This document shows positions 1 through 9,290 of a stretch of 64,000 nt of DNA, piece by piece. Position numbers and translations under genes: made by a program. This stretch comes from Crocinitomicaceae bacterium (GTDB taxonomy: Bacteria; Bacteroidota; Bacteroidia; Flavobacteriales_D; Crocinitomicaceae). The stretch spans positions 4,880 to 68,879 of the forward strand of contig JANRBR010000024.1 of assembly GCA_030727405.1 (NCBI GenBank). Reading direction: 5' to 3'. Every line of letters begins with the position of its first letter. The first letter of the stretch is position 1. A model generated the notes under the pieces. That model ran no database searches and had not been told where the DNA came from. It worked only from the letters and a program-made list of their open reading frames with translations.

Positions 1-1290
1 GTCGTTGTTAAAACGTTGTGTTAAACGTCCAAACACACGGTAATCGTAATTTTTGTTGTAACCAAAATTACTAAAGTTCAACAATGAACCTCCGTAAGTA
101 TAACTGCTTCCTTGGCTGTAGTTCATGGATGCACCAAATTGCAAATTGACAGATGGACCAGTGTTTACATCAATTTTAGCCTGACCTGAATATACAGTGT
201 TTCTTGCATTCATTCTCCAAGGAACTTTCTCAAAGTCACTTTCTCTCAAGAATAAAGCGTTGTTAAATGTTCCAAAACCAGTTGAGTTTGGACGAAGTGG
301 ATTTGCCAATAACTCATCACGAACTTCTTTTTTGATGCGGTAACCTCCGCCAGCTAGTGGACGTCCATCTAATTGGTCCGTCATGTTTGCTGAAACTAAG
401 AATCCTAATCTTGGTTTTGTTTTCTTACCTGTTGAGTCGCGTTGCATCCAAAGTGGACCAGACAACATTCCTTCGATAAGGTTGTAACCATATTTATCTA
501 AACCAAAAACTTTTCCATCGTAGCCATCAGGATCTGCACCTTTAAAATACAATCCTGAAGAAACTCCTTCAATGGATCCAAAATAAACGGCAGATGGACC
601 TCTAGTTGTAATCGAGATGATTCCACCCGTTACATCACCGTAATTGGCAGGAACACCACCAGTAATAACCGATACTTCTTCCAAAGCAGATTTTGGGATG
701 TTTGCGGAACCACGAACTTTAATTCCATCAATGTAATAATAGGTACCATCAGAACGAGATCCACGAACTGAAATAGCTCCTGAACCTTCACTTGAATTCA
801 CCCCTCCTACTGAACGAGCAACACCCTCTGCTGAACGAACAGGCATGCGGTTGATGTCTTCACGAGTAACCGTGGCACCAGAAGCCCCACCATTTTTATC
901 AATTAAAGGAACCTTATAGACAACGACTTTCACTTCTTGTTCATCCTTCACTTTTTTAGAAAGTGTCAGGTTATCCAAAAAGGTTATACGGTCTGGGGAA
1001 ATGGATACTCCCGTCATAACAGACATGTTGTAACCTGATATTGAATTTGAAAAATGCAAGTCGTATGTCCCCGGAGGAACACCATCTATCTGGAACTTCC
1101 CTGAGGCATCTGTTGATGCACCGCTTTTAATTGATTCTCCCTGTTTCAATAAGACTTTACAAAGCTCAATTCCTTGACCTGTTGATTCATCTTTAATTGT
1201 TCCTTTCAAGGTACCTAGACCTGATTGAGAAAATGCATAAGTACTTGCGAACAAAACACTTAGTACCAACAACTTTAGTTTACCCACCAT
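1..1290 (-). CDS. TonB-dependent receptor, N-terminal part (gene continues beyond the left edge)
   Basis: Absent from the ORF track because there is no stop inside the window. Reverse-complement translation from ATG 1290..1288 stays open to base 1 (430 codons). Signal peptide MVGKLKLLVLSVLFASTYAFSQ; CarboxypepD_reg-like segment (GTIKDESTGQGIELCKVLL...TDASGKFQIDGVPPGTYDL); plug motifs (VTREDINRMP, ISVRGSRSDGTYYYIDGIKV, VITGGVPANYGDVTGGIISITTR). Confidence 0.85.
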   Translation of the reverse strand, partial: MVGKLKLLVLSVLFASTYAFSQSGLGTLKGTIKDESTGQGIELCKVLLKQGESIKSGASTDASGKFQIDGVPPGTYDLHFSNSISGYNMSVMTGVSISPDRITFLDNLTLSKKVKDEQEVKVVVYKVPLIDKNGGASGATVTREDINRMPVRSAEGVARSVGGVNSSEGSGAISVRGSRSDGTYYYIDGIKVRGSANIPKSALEEVSVITGGVPANYGDVTGGIISITTRGPSAVYFGSIEGVSSGLYFKGADPDGYDGKVFGLDKYGYNLIEGMLSGPLWMQRDSTGKKTKPRLGFLVSANMTDQLDGRPLAGGGYRIKKEVRDELLANPLRPNSTGFGTFNNALFLRESDFEKVPWRMNARNTVYSGQAKIDVNTGPSVNLQFGASMNYSQGSSYTYGGSLLNFSNFGYNKNYDYRVFGRLTQRFNND

Positions 1291-1445
1291 ATGAATGCGT
1301 ATAAATTTTACTATATCTCGTTTTATAAAGATTGTAAATATAGAAAAATCCATATTGATTTCCCTACAAATTCGAAAAAAAGTAATTCAAATTAAATCCG
1401 CAACTTTGCAATAATTAGATAAACATACTGTTAACTTATTGCTAA

Positions 1446-2075
1446 ATGTCTGCGGAAATTCATAAAATTCATTTTTCTTCTCAAGGAGTTTTTATTGCTT
1501 TTCAGAAAAAAGAATCAAATGCCGCATTATTGGAAGCAATCCTATTTCAAGAAGAGCAAAGCGAATTGGCGCAAATTAAGAACGAAAAACGCGTAATTGA
1601 ATTTCTGAACGTCCGAAAACTTCGTTCGACCGAAGGACTCAATTCTCCAATTTATTATAATGAATCAGGCAAGCCGTGTTTAGCCTCCGAAATCAAATTG
1701 GGTTTTTCGATCAGCCATTCCAAAAATTATTGTGCAATTGGCTATGGGGAAAAGGAATTGGGAATTGACATCGAGGAAATAGATGAGCGGATAGAGCGGA
1801 TTTCATCTAGGTTTATGAATGAAGAGGAAGAGGTGTTTATCGGGAACGATCGCCTGTTGGGCTTGACAAGAATCTGGACATTGAAAGAAGCGATGTTCAA
1901 ATTGAATCCCAGGACCGGCATAGACTTTAAATCGGAACTTATCTTGAAATCACAAGTTGACAACTCATTTATGGGGGAAATGCTTACGGATGAAGGTTGG
2001 AAAAGGGTTATCCTAAATTCCGTTCAATTAGAAAACCTTGTTATTAGCGCATGTAGTTTCCTGTCAAGCGACTAA
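1446..2075 (+). CDS. 4'-phosphopantetheinyl transferase superfamily protein (Sfp-like)
   Basis: 209 aa with ATG start. Motifs FSISHS, GIDIEEID and WTLKEAMFK match the PPTase signatures G-x-D-x-E and W-x-x-K-E-A. Confidence 0.8.
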   Translation: MSAEIHKIHFSSQGVFIAFQKKESNAALLEAILFQEEQSELAQIKNEKRVIEFLNVRKLRSTEGLNSPIYYNESGKPCLASEIKLGFSISHSKNYCAIGYGEKELGIDIEEIDERIERISSRFMNEEEEVFIGNDRLLGLTRIWTLKEAMFKLNPRTGIDFKSELILKSQVDNSFMGEMLTDEGWKRVILNSVQLENLVISACSFLSSD

Positions 2076-2905
2076 AATTGGGCCTTTAGGCTAAGGTCTA
2101 AACTTTTTACAGAATGTGTTAAGGCTCCAATGGAAATAAATTGAACACCCGTTTCCGCATAAGGCCGTATGTTTTCCAAAGTAATTCCTCCTGATGCTTC
2201 CGTTTCATATGTTGAAGGAATTTTTGCAAGTGCCCCTTTTAACATTTCCGGAGTGAAGTTGTCGAGCATGATTCGATCTACACCGCCATTTTCAAGTACC
2301 TCATCCAATTCGGAAATGGATCTGACTTCAATTTCAATCTTAAGCTTCTTTCCAGTTTGTATTAAGTATGCCTGGGTTTTTTCGATAGCCATTTTTATTC
2401 CTCCCGCATAATCGATGTGATTATCCTTCAACATAATCATGTCGTATAGCCCAAATCGATGGTTTTCTCCACCACCAATTTTAACCGCCCATTTTTCCAA
2501 AAAACGCATGCCAGGTGTTGTTTTTCTGGTGTCTAGAATGCGTGTTGAACATCCCTCAATCACTTTTAACACTTGAGCAGTTTGCGTAGCAATGCCACTC
2601 ATACGTTGCATGCAATTTAAGACCAATCGTTCCGTACTCAGAATGTTACGCGAAGAACCGATGACTTCAAAAACGATGTCCCCCACTTGAATAGGATCGC
2701 CATCTTTTTTATTAAAAGTTAGTCTTAGCGAAGGGTCAACCAATTCGTAAATGCGTTTCGCTACCTCTACCCCGGCTAGAACCCCGGATTCTTTCACGAG
2801 TAATTGAGCTTTTCCTATCGCTTCGGAAGGAATGCATGCAAGTGTGGAATGATCACCATCCCCTATATCTTCTTGCAGTGACTTTCGAATGAATTCATCT
2901 AACAT
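2072..2905 (-). CDS. nadC: nicotinate-nucleotide pyrophosphorylase (quinolinate phosphoribosyltransferase)
   Basis: 277 aa. N-terminus LQEDIGDGDHST, TRKTTPGMR and MLKDNH are typical NadC blocks. ATG at 2905. Confidence 0.92.
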   Translation of the reverse strand: MLDEFIRKSLQEDIGDGDHSTLACIPSEAIGKAQLLVKESGVLAGVEVAKRIYELVDPSLRLTFNKKDGDPIQVGDIVFEVIGSSRNILSTERLVLNCMQRMSGIATQTAQVLKVIEGCSTRILDTRKTTPGMRFLEKWAVKIGGGENHRFGLYDMIMLKDNHIDYAGGIKMAIEKTQAYLIQTGKKLKIEIEVRSISELDEVLENGGVDRIMLDNFTPEMLKGALAKIPSTYETEASGGITLENIRPYAETGVQFISIGALTHSVKSLDLSLKAQF

Positions 2906-2909
2906 AGAA

Positions 2910-2917
2910 CAAAGATA
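2910..2917 (-). promoter_or_regulatory. Bacteroidota -7 box TATCTTTG, 4 nt upstream of the nadC ATG
   Basis: Exact match to TAnnTTTG on the minus strand. The sequence reads TATCTTTG TTCT ATG. Confidence 0.55.
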
Positions 2918-2961
2918 ACATTGCTCGTGTTCATCTGAAACATTGTGATTAATTTTATGTC

Positions 2962-4764
2962 ATGACTTCACATTCCGAACTTGTTTTAGAAAAAATAAAG
3001 GTACTGCCTTCCGATTCTGGGGTGTATCAATTTTTCAACAAACAAGGAGAAATCATCTACGTTGGAAAAGCCAAAAATTTAAGCAAAAGGGTTCATTCTT
3101 ACTTTAAGGCGAACATTTCAGACGGAAAAACGAGGGCCCTAGTGAAAAACATTGCTGACGTTAAGTTTACCGTTGTTGGTTCTGAATTAGATGCCTTGCT
3201 TCTAGAGAACAATTTGATAAAATCCTATCGACCTAGGTATAATGTCTTACTTAAGGATGATAAAACCTATCCTTGGATTGTTGTGAAGAACGAACCATTT
3301 CCAAGGATCTTTAGTACACGTCGAAAAATCAAAGACGGCTCGCGCTATTTTGGTCCATATCCGAACGGGCGCGTCATGCATACCCTTCTGCAACTTATCC
3401 GAGAATTGTTCACATTACGCACGTGTCAACTTGACCTCAGTCCAGCAAAAATTCAACAAGAAAAATACAAAGTTTGCCTTGAATACCATATTGGAAAATG
3501 TAAAGCGCCTTGTATTGGTCAACATTCACAAGAATCCTATCAACGAATGATTGAATCGATTGAGTTGTTGTTACATGGTAAAACACATGCTCTCAGCATG
3601 GATTTAAAAAAACAAATGCAAGAATTTTCAGAAAACTATGCATTTGAAGAGGCACATAAGATCAAAGAAATTTTAGGGCAAATAGAAAAATACCAATCCA
3701 AATCGATGATCGTATCCCCAACGGTTCAAGAAGTAGATGTCTTGACTTTTGAAACGGATGAGGATTTGCTTTATTTCAATTACTTGGTGGTACGTGAAGG
3801 AGCGATTGTTCACACTTACACGTCTCATTTGGAGTTAAAATTATCCGAGAATAAAACGCATGTTTTCTCCTATGTTTTGCCACAATTACGTTCGAATTTT
3901 GAAAGTTCTTCGAAAGAGGTATTAGTTACTGAAAAAATGGATGCCCTTTTTCCTGAATTTCATTTTCACTGTCCACAAATTGGCGATAAAAAAAGGTTGA
4001 TCGACCTGTCCGAGAATAATGTAAAACACTACCGTCTTCAACTGAAGAAACGTGAAATGAACAAGGTTTCTGAACATGGTGGATTGGATGCACTAATCGA
4101 ATTACAACAGGGATTAAACCTTGGTGTTCTGCCCAATCACATCGAGTGTTTTGACAATTCGAATTTACAGGGTACAAATGCTGTTTCGTCTTGTGTTGTC
4201 TTTAAAAATGGTGTTCCTAGTAAAAGCGATTACCGACATTTCAATGTGAAAACCGTGGTTGGTCCAGATGATTTTAGCACGATGAAAGAAGTGGTTTTTC
4301 GTCGTTACCATCGCTTAATTTCCGAAGAACAAGCTTTGCCAGACCTCATCATCATTGATGGTGGAAAAGGTCAGTTAAGTGCGGCCATGGAATCCATTGA
4401 AGAACTTGGCATTTCCGATCGTGTTCAAGTGTTTGGATTGGCCAAACGTATGGAAGAATTATTTCGACCAAACCATTCAAAACCTATTTTGCTGGATAGA
4501 CGCTCGAAAGGACTAAAACTGGTTCAACACATGCGTGATGAAGCCCATCGATTTGGCATTACACACCACCGAAATAAACGAAGTAAAAACTCATTTAACA
4601 CTGAATTATCCGAGATAAAAGGCATCGGAGAAAAAACGTGGACAAGTTTATTAAAAGAGTTTAAAACGATTGAAAACATTAAGGACGCCAATCGTGAGGA
4701 AATAGCAAAAAAAATAGGACAGGCAAAAATGCGCATCCTATTTGATTATTTTGAATCGAAGTAA
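2962..4764 (+). CDS. uvrC: excinuclease ABC subunit C
   Basis: 600 aa. GIY-YIG module (GVYQFFNKQGEIIYVGKAKNLSKRVHSYF...YRPRYN), central UvrC region, C-terminal HhH (IKGIGEKT). Confidence 0.95.
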   Translation: MTSHSELVLEKIKVLPSDSGVYQFFNKQGEIIYVGKAKNLSKRVHSYFKANISDGKTRALVKNIADVKFTVVGSELDALLLENNLIKSYRPRYNVLLKDDKTYPWIVVKNEPFPRIFSTRRKIKDGSRYFGPYPNGRVMHTLLQLIRELFTLRTCQLDLSPAKIQQEKYKVCLEYHIGKCKAPCIGQHSQESYQRMIESIELLLHGKTHALSMDLKKQMQEFSENYAFEEAHKIKEILGQIEKYQSKSMIVSPTVQEVDVLTFETDEDLLYFNYLVVREGAIVHTYTSHLELKLSENKTHVFSYVLPQLRSNFESSSKEVLVTEKMDALFPEFHFHCPQIGDKKRLIDLSENNVKHYRLQLKKREMNKVSEHGGLDALIELQQGLNLGVLPNHIECFDNSNLQGTNAVSSCVVFKNGVPSKSDYRHFNVKTVVGPDDFSTMKEVVFRRYHRLISEEQALPDLIIIDGGKGQLSAAMESIEELGISDRVQVFGLAKRMEELFRPNHSKPILLDRRSKGLKLVQHMRDEAHRFGITHHRNKRSKNSFNTELSEIKGIGEKTWTSLLKEFKTIENIKDANREEIAKKIGQAKMRILFDYFESK

Positions 4765-6957
4765 TTACTTGACGATAAACGGCAAGGTCTTTTGTCCAGC
4801 AGAACTAGAAATAAGCACCTGATACATTCCAGCTGCGAGTTCCTGCGTATTCATCATCACTAAGTTTTTCCCTTCTTTCCCTTTGATCAGGTGTTTTTGG
4901 ATTTTTTTTCCTGAAAGGTCGATGATTGTGATGTTCAAATCATCTGCGTTTGGAAGGTCAAATGATACATTTAACTCATCATCTGCTGGGTTTGGATATA
5001 ACTCGAGGTGTGAAATCAACGAAAGCTCTGTAACGCTGTTAACGATATCGTTGGACGGACTTCCACTATACAAATTGATGTCATCTAAATAAATGTTATT
5101 TCCTCCCTCCCCTTCAAAACGGAAGAGCACTCTAAATTTATCGGTAAAGTAAGCAGATGTGACATTGGTCATGTGAACAGTCGTCCATTCAGAAGTTGTA
5201 TTAGGTTTCCAAGAAGAACTTGATGTTAAAGAAGATAATTGATTTCCTTGAATGGTTTTTCGTTGGATCCAATCGGTTCCACAATCACCAGAAATAAATA
5301 CTTTTAAGTACTCGTAATTAGTTGAAACGACTTTACGGTAAGCGTATCGGAAACTCAATGTAACTGTTCCAGTTGACGGAATGGTAGAAAGATCAATTTG
5401 TGATGAAATAAGGTCATCTACATTCCCAGTGCCTTGACCGAAATTCATGATTTTTACACATTTCGTTCCTGAATAACCAGTGGTTGTTTCAAGTGCCCAT
5501 GTATTATTGGTGGAAGAATTGGTTACGATCCAATTTGGAGAATTCGTCAAAGTAGAATAACTCTCAAATCCTTCCCAGAATGGCAATGACGCTCCAGTAT
5601 TAAACACATGGATGAAGTTGTTTTTTACTTCACTATCTGTTAATGTACCATCAGAGGCAGCCAATTGGACGTTGTAAAATCCTGGTGTATCAAAAATGAT
5701 GGAAGGATTTTGACTACTCGTCGATGTTCCGTTGCTAAAAGTCCAGCCCGTTGAGGGTGTAATCGTCCATGACCAGCTAGTTACTGCATTGTACGAATCA
5801 TCTGAAAAAGCGATTTCATCACCGGTACATATGGTTGTTTTATCTGCAGAGAAATCTGCTTTACATAGGTAAAGAACCCCATTGGCACCTACCGCATTGA
5901 GGTTGGCGGTTGTCCATAAGTTTGCGCGCCCTGTATTTGTAGCTTGCAGGGCTGTTCGCATGCGCGTTCGCTGTCCTTGAGTAAACATTTTTGAACAATA
6001 CGAATAATCCATGTAATTCTCCACATTATCTCGAATGTCAAAGCCCCAATAAGCATTGTCATTGCTACAGGTATTAGAATTTAATGCACAAGATGAAACA
6101 CCTATACAAGTTGGCGTATCTTGTACCTGGTCGCCATTTCCTGAGCAACTTGTAGCTGTTCCAGGATTATTATTCGACCCCCAAGTATGTGATAGGTTTA
6201 ACCAGTGTCCAACTTCGTGTGTCAAGGTTCGACTTGTCCCAACAGAACTTGTTCCGATAGAACCAACATAGTCGTGTAAAACCCAAATTCCATTCTTCAT
6301 TTGATTTGCGGCAAATCCTGATGGATTATAAGTATATCCCGCGGCACCGCCTATTTCACCACAAATGAACACATTCATGTATTTATTTCCTGGCCATTGA
6401 CCTTGGTAAACATTATTCCCTGCAACAATGGCATCCACTTGATCGCCTCCATCACTACCATCGTAGCTAATTACATTGTACGTTCTGGTAATCCCACTGA
6501 AACATGTCCCATTTGGGGCTTTTGTAGCTAATACAAACTCGATTTCTACATCCGCTGGCATACCTGCAAAATCAGGGTGAACGGTTGCCGTATCCGCATT
6601 GAGTTTTCGATAATCTCTGTTCAATATCGCTAAAGCATTTAATATTTGCTCATCTGAAATATTTTCAACACCGTTCATGTGAAGTACGTGAAAGACAACC
6701 GGTATTTTATAAACCGTAGCTTTCTCTTGGCTGCCTTTTTTTAACAATGATTCAAATTCCGCATCATCCAATTCTTTCGCTAGAAGGTAAGCTGGATTTT
6801 TCATTAATTCAGCTTGTTTCTTGTGCTGAATGCAATATTCTATTTTTTCTCCTTCACGCATGTTTCCTGGATCCAATGTTCGCTTTTGCTGCGCATTGGA
6901 ATTCATAGAAAAAAACATAATAGATAAAAAAGCAAGGAGTAGTTGACTTTTATTCAT
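4765..6957 (-). CDS. secreted M43-family zinc metalloprotease with PKD and MAM-like domains and a T9SS type A C-terminal sorting domain
   Basis: 730 aa. Signal peptide; zinc site HEVGHWLNLSHTW; PKD-like block (FSADKTTICTGDEIAFSD...FYNVQLAASDG); C-terminus LELYPNPADDELNV...GMYQVLISSSAGQKTLPFIVK is typical of Por_Secre_tail. Confidence 0.85.
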   Translation of the reverse strand: MNKSQLLLAFLSIMFFSMNSNAQQKRTLDPGNMREGEKIEYCIQHKKQAELMKNPAYLLAKELDDAEFESLLKKGSQEKATVYKIPVVFHVLHMNGVENISDEQILNALAILNRDYRKLNADTATVHPDFAGMPADVEIEFVLATKAPNGTCFSGITRTYNVISYDGSDGGDQVDAIVAGNNVYQGQWPGNKYMNVFICGEIGGAAGYTYNPSGFAANQMKNGIWVLHDYVGSIGTSSVGTSRTLTHEVGHWLNLSHTWGSNNNPGTATSCSGNGDQVQDTPTCIGVSSCALNSNTCSNDNAYWGFDIRDNVENYMDYSYCSKMFTQGQRTRMRTALQATNTGRANLWTTANLNAVGANGVLYLCKADFSADKTTICTGDEIAFSDDSYNAVTSWSWTITPSTGWTFSNGTSTSSQNPSIIFDTPGFYNVQLAASDGTLTDSEVKNNFIHVFNTGASLPFWEGFESYSTLTNSPNWIVTNSSTNNTWALETTTGYSGTKCVKIMNFGQGTGNVDDLISSQIDLSTIPSTGTVTLSFRYAYRKVVSTNYEYLKVFISGDCGTDWIQRKTIQGNQLSSLTSSSSWKPNTTSEWTTVHMTNVTSAYFTDKFRVLFRFEGEGGNNIYLDDINLYSGSPSNDIVNSVTELSLISHLELYPNPADDELNVSFDLPNADDLNITIIDLSGKKIQKHLIKGKEGKNLVMMNTQELAAGMYQVLISSSAGQKTLPFIVK

Positions 6958-7067
6958 AGTGGTTTAGTTTTCAAGCAAAATAGTTAAGCGTTAAAATTAG
7001 TGAATTATTTAATTATTTTTCTATTTCCAATTGGTTAAAATTAAAATGGCTTTTAACAAGTCGAATA

Positions 7068-7601
7068 ATGCTTAAATTTGTTGTTATGAAAGCAATGAAA
7101 GCAGCGGATACTTTGTCGATTACGACCAAGGTTGTCCTTCCGAATGATACGAATACGTTAGGGAATCTTTTTGGCGGACAATTATTGGCTTGGATGGATG
7201 TAATTGCCAGTGTCGCAGCGCATCGCCATTGCAAACGTGTGGTTGTTACCGCTTCGGTTAACAATGTTTCGTTTCAAAAACCGATTAATCATGCTTCTAT
7301 CGTAACGCTTGAAGCGAAAGTCTCACGTGCATTCAATTCTTCCATGGAGATTTTTGTGGATGTATTTGTTGAGGACAATCTAACGGGTGCACGTGAAAAA
7401 TGCAACGAGGCCATTTACACCTTTGTTGCCGTTGATCAAAATGGTGGACCCATTCAAGTTCCCGAGTTAATTCCTGAAACTCCAGAAGAGGTAGCTCGAT
7501 TTGAGGGGGCTTTACGCCGTAAACAATTAAGTTTGATCCTTGCAGGAAAAATGAAGCCGTCTGAGGCTACAGAATTGAAGAAATTATTCCTGGAAGACTA
7601 A
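7068..7601 (+). CDS. acyl-CoA thioesterase (hotdog fold, YciA/BFIT-like)
   Basis: 177 aa. LPNDTNTLGNLFGGQLLAWMD and TASVNNVSFQKPI blocks. Alternative in-frame ATGs at 7086 and 7095. Confidence 0.85.
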   Translation: MLKFVVMKAMKAADTLSITTKVVLPNDTNTLGNLFGGQLLAWMDVIASVAAHRHCKRVVVTASVNNVSFQKPINHASIVTLEAKVSRAFNSSMEIFVDVFVEDNLTGAREKCNEAIYTFVAVDQNGGPIQVPELIPETPEEVARFEGALRRKQLSLILAGKMKPSEATELKKLFLED

Positions 7602-8584
7602 GGTTTCGAAAGCGATTCAGAGATAGCCTGAATGTTTTGTTTCATCATGCAATCAAAATGACCTTTGGGACAGGTTTGAAATCCTATTTTCGAACAAGGT
7701 CGGCATTTTAACCCAGACACTTCAAATGTTTTATCTTTTCCATTACCATTTGGCCTGTAGGGAATCATTCCAAATTCGGGAACGGTATTTCCCCAGATAG
7801 AAATAATTTGTGTTTTAAAACAAGCGGCAATATGCATTAATCCTGTATCATGGGTGATGATCGATTGCGACTGAGAAACCACACTTGCCGACTGAAGGAT
7901 GCTTAACTTTCCACAGGCATTCAAAACCGTTTTATTAACCGAATGCTGCATTAACCATTCCGCCAATTCCACATCTATGTTTCCACCAAGAATAATCATT
8001 GGTTGAGAAATTTGACCGATTAATTCCAACCATTTTTCCTTAGGTAATTTTTTGGTATTGAATTGTGCACCAATGGCTAAAGCGACAAAGGTTTGACCGA
8101 GTTCAGGGAAAGATTCCTTTATGGAAACAATAGAATCTTCAGGTAAATGAAAGGTGTTTTGTGGCTTTTTGTCATGGTTCAAGCCTAATTTATCCAAGGT
8201 GTTGAGGTACCGATCAACAATGTGCATGTCCGGCATTCGGGATAGTCCAAAACGGGTCAACAACCATTTTTTTACATTCAATTTATGGAATCGGGCGGTT
8301 TGCGCTTTCAAACCAAAAGTTAAGCGTCGTGTTCTTAAATTATGGTGTAAATCAATGATGTAATCAAAGGATTCATTGGCAATTTGTTCCTTGAATACAC
8401 GAAAAGACTCATCAAGAAAATGTACTTTGTTGATTTCTTTTGCTCCAAAAAGCAAGGTTTCAAATGCACGCTTAGTAGCAAAATGGATCTCAGATTCCGG
8501 ATACGCATTCCGAATGGCGGTAATCACCGGAAAAGTAAGTACGATGTCCCCAATGGAACTAAAACGGATGATTAATATCTTCAA
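7598..8584 (-). CDS. glycosyltransferase family 9 (heptosyltransferase-like)
   Basis: 328 aa. The family-typical N-terminus (M)KILIIRFSSIGDIVLTFPV is reached only from a TTG codon at 8584..8582; the next in-frame Met is more than 100 codons downstream. Confidence 0.8.
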   Translation of the reverse strand: MKILIIRFSSIGDIVLTFPVITAIRNAYPESEIHFATKRAFETLLFGAKEINKVHFLDESFRVFKEQIANESFDYIIDLHHNLRTRRLTFGLKAQTARFHKLNVKKWLLTRFGLSRMPDMHIVDRYLNTLDKLGLNHDKKPQNTFHLPEDSIVSIKESFPELGQTFVALAIGAQFNTKKLPKEKWLELIGQISQPMIILGGNIDVELAEWLMQHSVNKTVLNACGKLSILQSASVVSQSQSIITHDTGLMHIAACFKTQIISIWGNTVPEFGMIPYRPNGNGKDKTFEVSGLKCRPCSKIGFQTCPKGHFDCMMKQNIQAISESLSKP

Positions 8585-8618
8585 TCGTAACTGATTTATT
8601 TAGCGATTAAATGTACGA

Positions 8619-9290
8619 TTATTTACGAGATTGTGTGTTTTGAAACAATACCCGATCAGGGTCTAATTGAGCTTCCAATGTGGTGAAAAACGCAGCTCTT
8701 TCTGCTGGCTCAACACAATCAATGGGAAAGGAAAGTTGTAAGTCTTGAATGTAATCAAAATAGACGGTTTGTTGACTTACACTCACTTTTCGGAGTCCCG
8801 CAAGGTAGATGAGAATGATTTCTCTATCACTTACTAGAATGGCTTTTGATGTGATTCCAACCCTGAAATTACTTTTCGCATTTATTAGGAGAAAAAGCAA
8901 AGATTCTACAGAAAAAAAGAGCAAAACACCACAAATAAAAATGGCCTCCTTTGTCACAAGGTAATAGGAAAAAGCAAGAAAAAAGAGAACAACTGATTCA
9001 ATTACCGTATATAAAAAAACGCGTTGCTTGCGCTCTTTGCTAACCTCCCCATTCCAGGCGAATTTCATTTTTTGGGAGGTCATCCGAACACCCATCCAAC
9101 GACGAATGGACCTTCTTAAACTGATGATCGCATATAACAGTCCAAATCCTAGAAAAACTTCAAATCGGTAGGGAATTTGTGCACCCGTTGTTTTCAGTAA
9201 ATCTATTGGTAAATCAAATCCAACGAAGACGGAAAGCAACATCGTTGGAAAGGTAATTACGAGTAATAGGACGTTTATAAAACTATTCAT
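8619..9290 (-). CDS. hypothetical membrane protein (about 4 TM segments plus a soluble C-terminal domain)
   Basis: 223 aa with hydrophobic segments. The ATG lies inside the last 8 nt of the upstream DUF349 gene (ATGAATAG). Confidence 0.55.
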   Translation of the reverse strand: MNSFINVLLLVITFPTMLLSVFVGFDLPIDLLKTTGAQIPYRFEVFLGFGLLYAIISLRRSIRRWMGVRMTSQKMKFAWNGEVSKERKQRVFLYTVIESVVLFFLAFSYYLVTKEAIFICGVLLFFSVESLLFLLINAKSNFRVGITSKAILVSDREIILIYLAGLRKVSVSQQTVYFDYIQDLQLSFPIDCVEPAERAAFFTTLEAQLDPDRVLFQNTQSRK

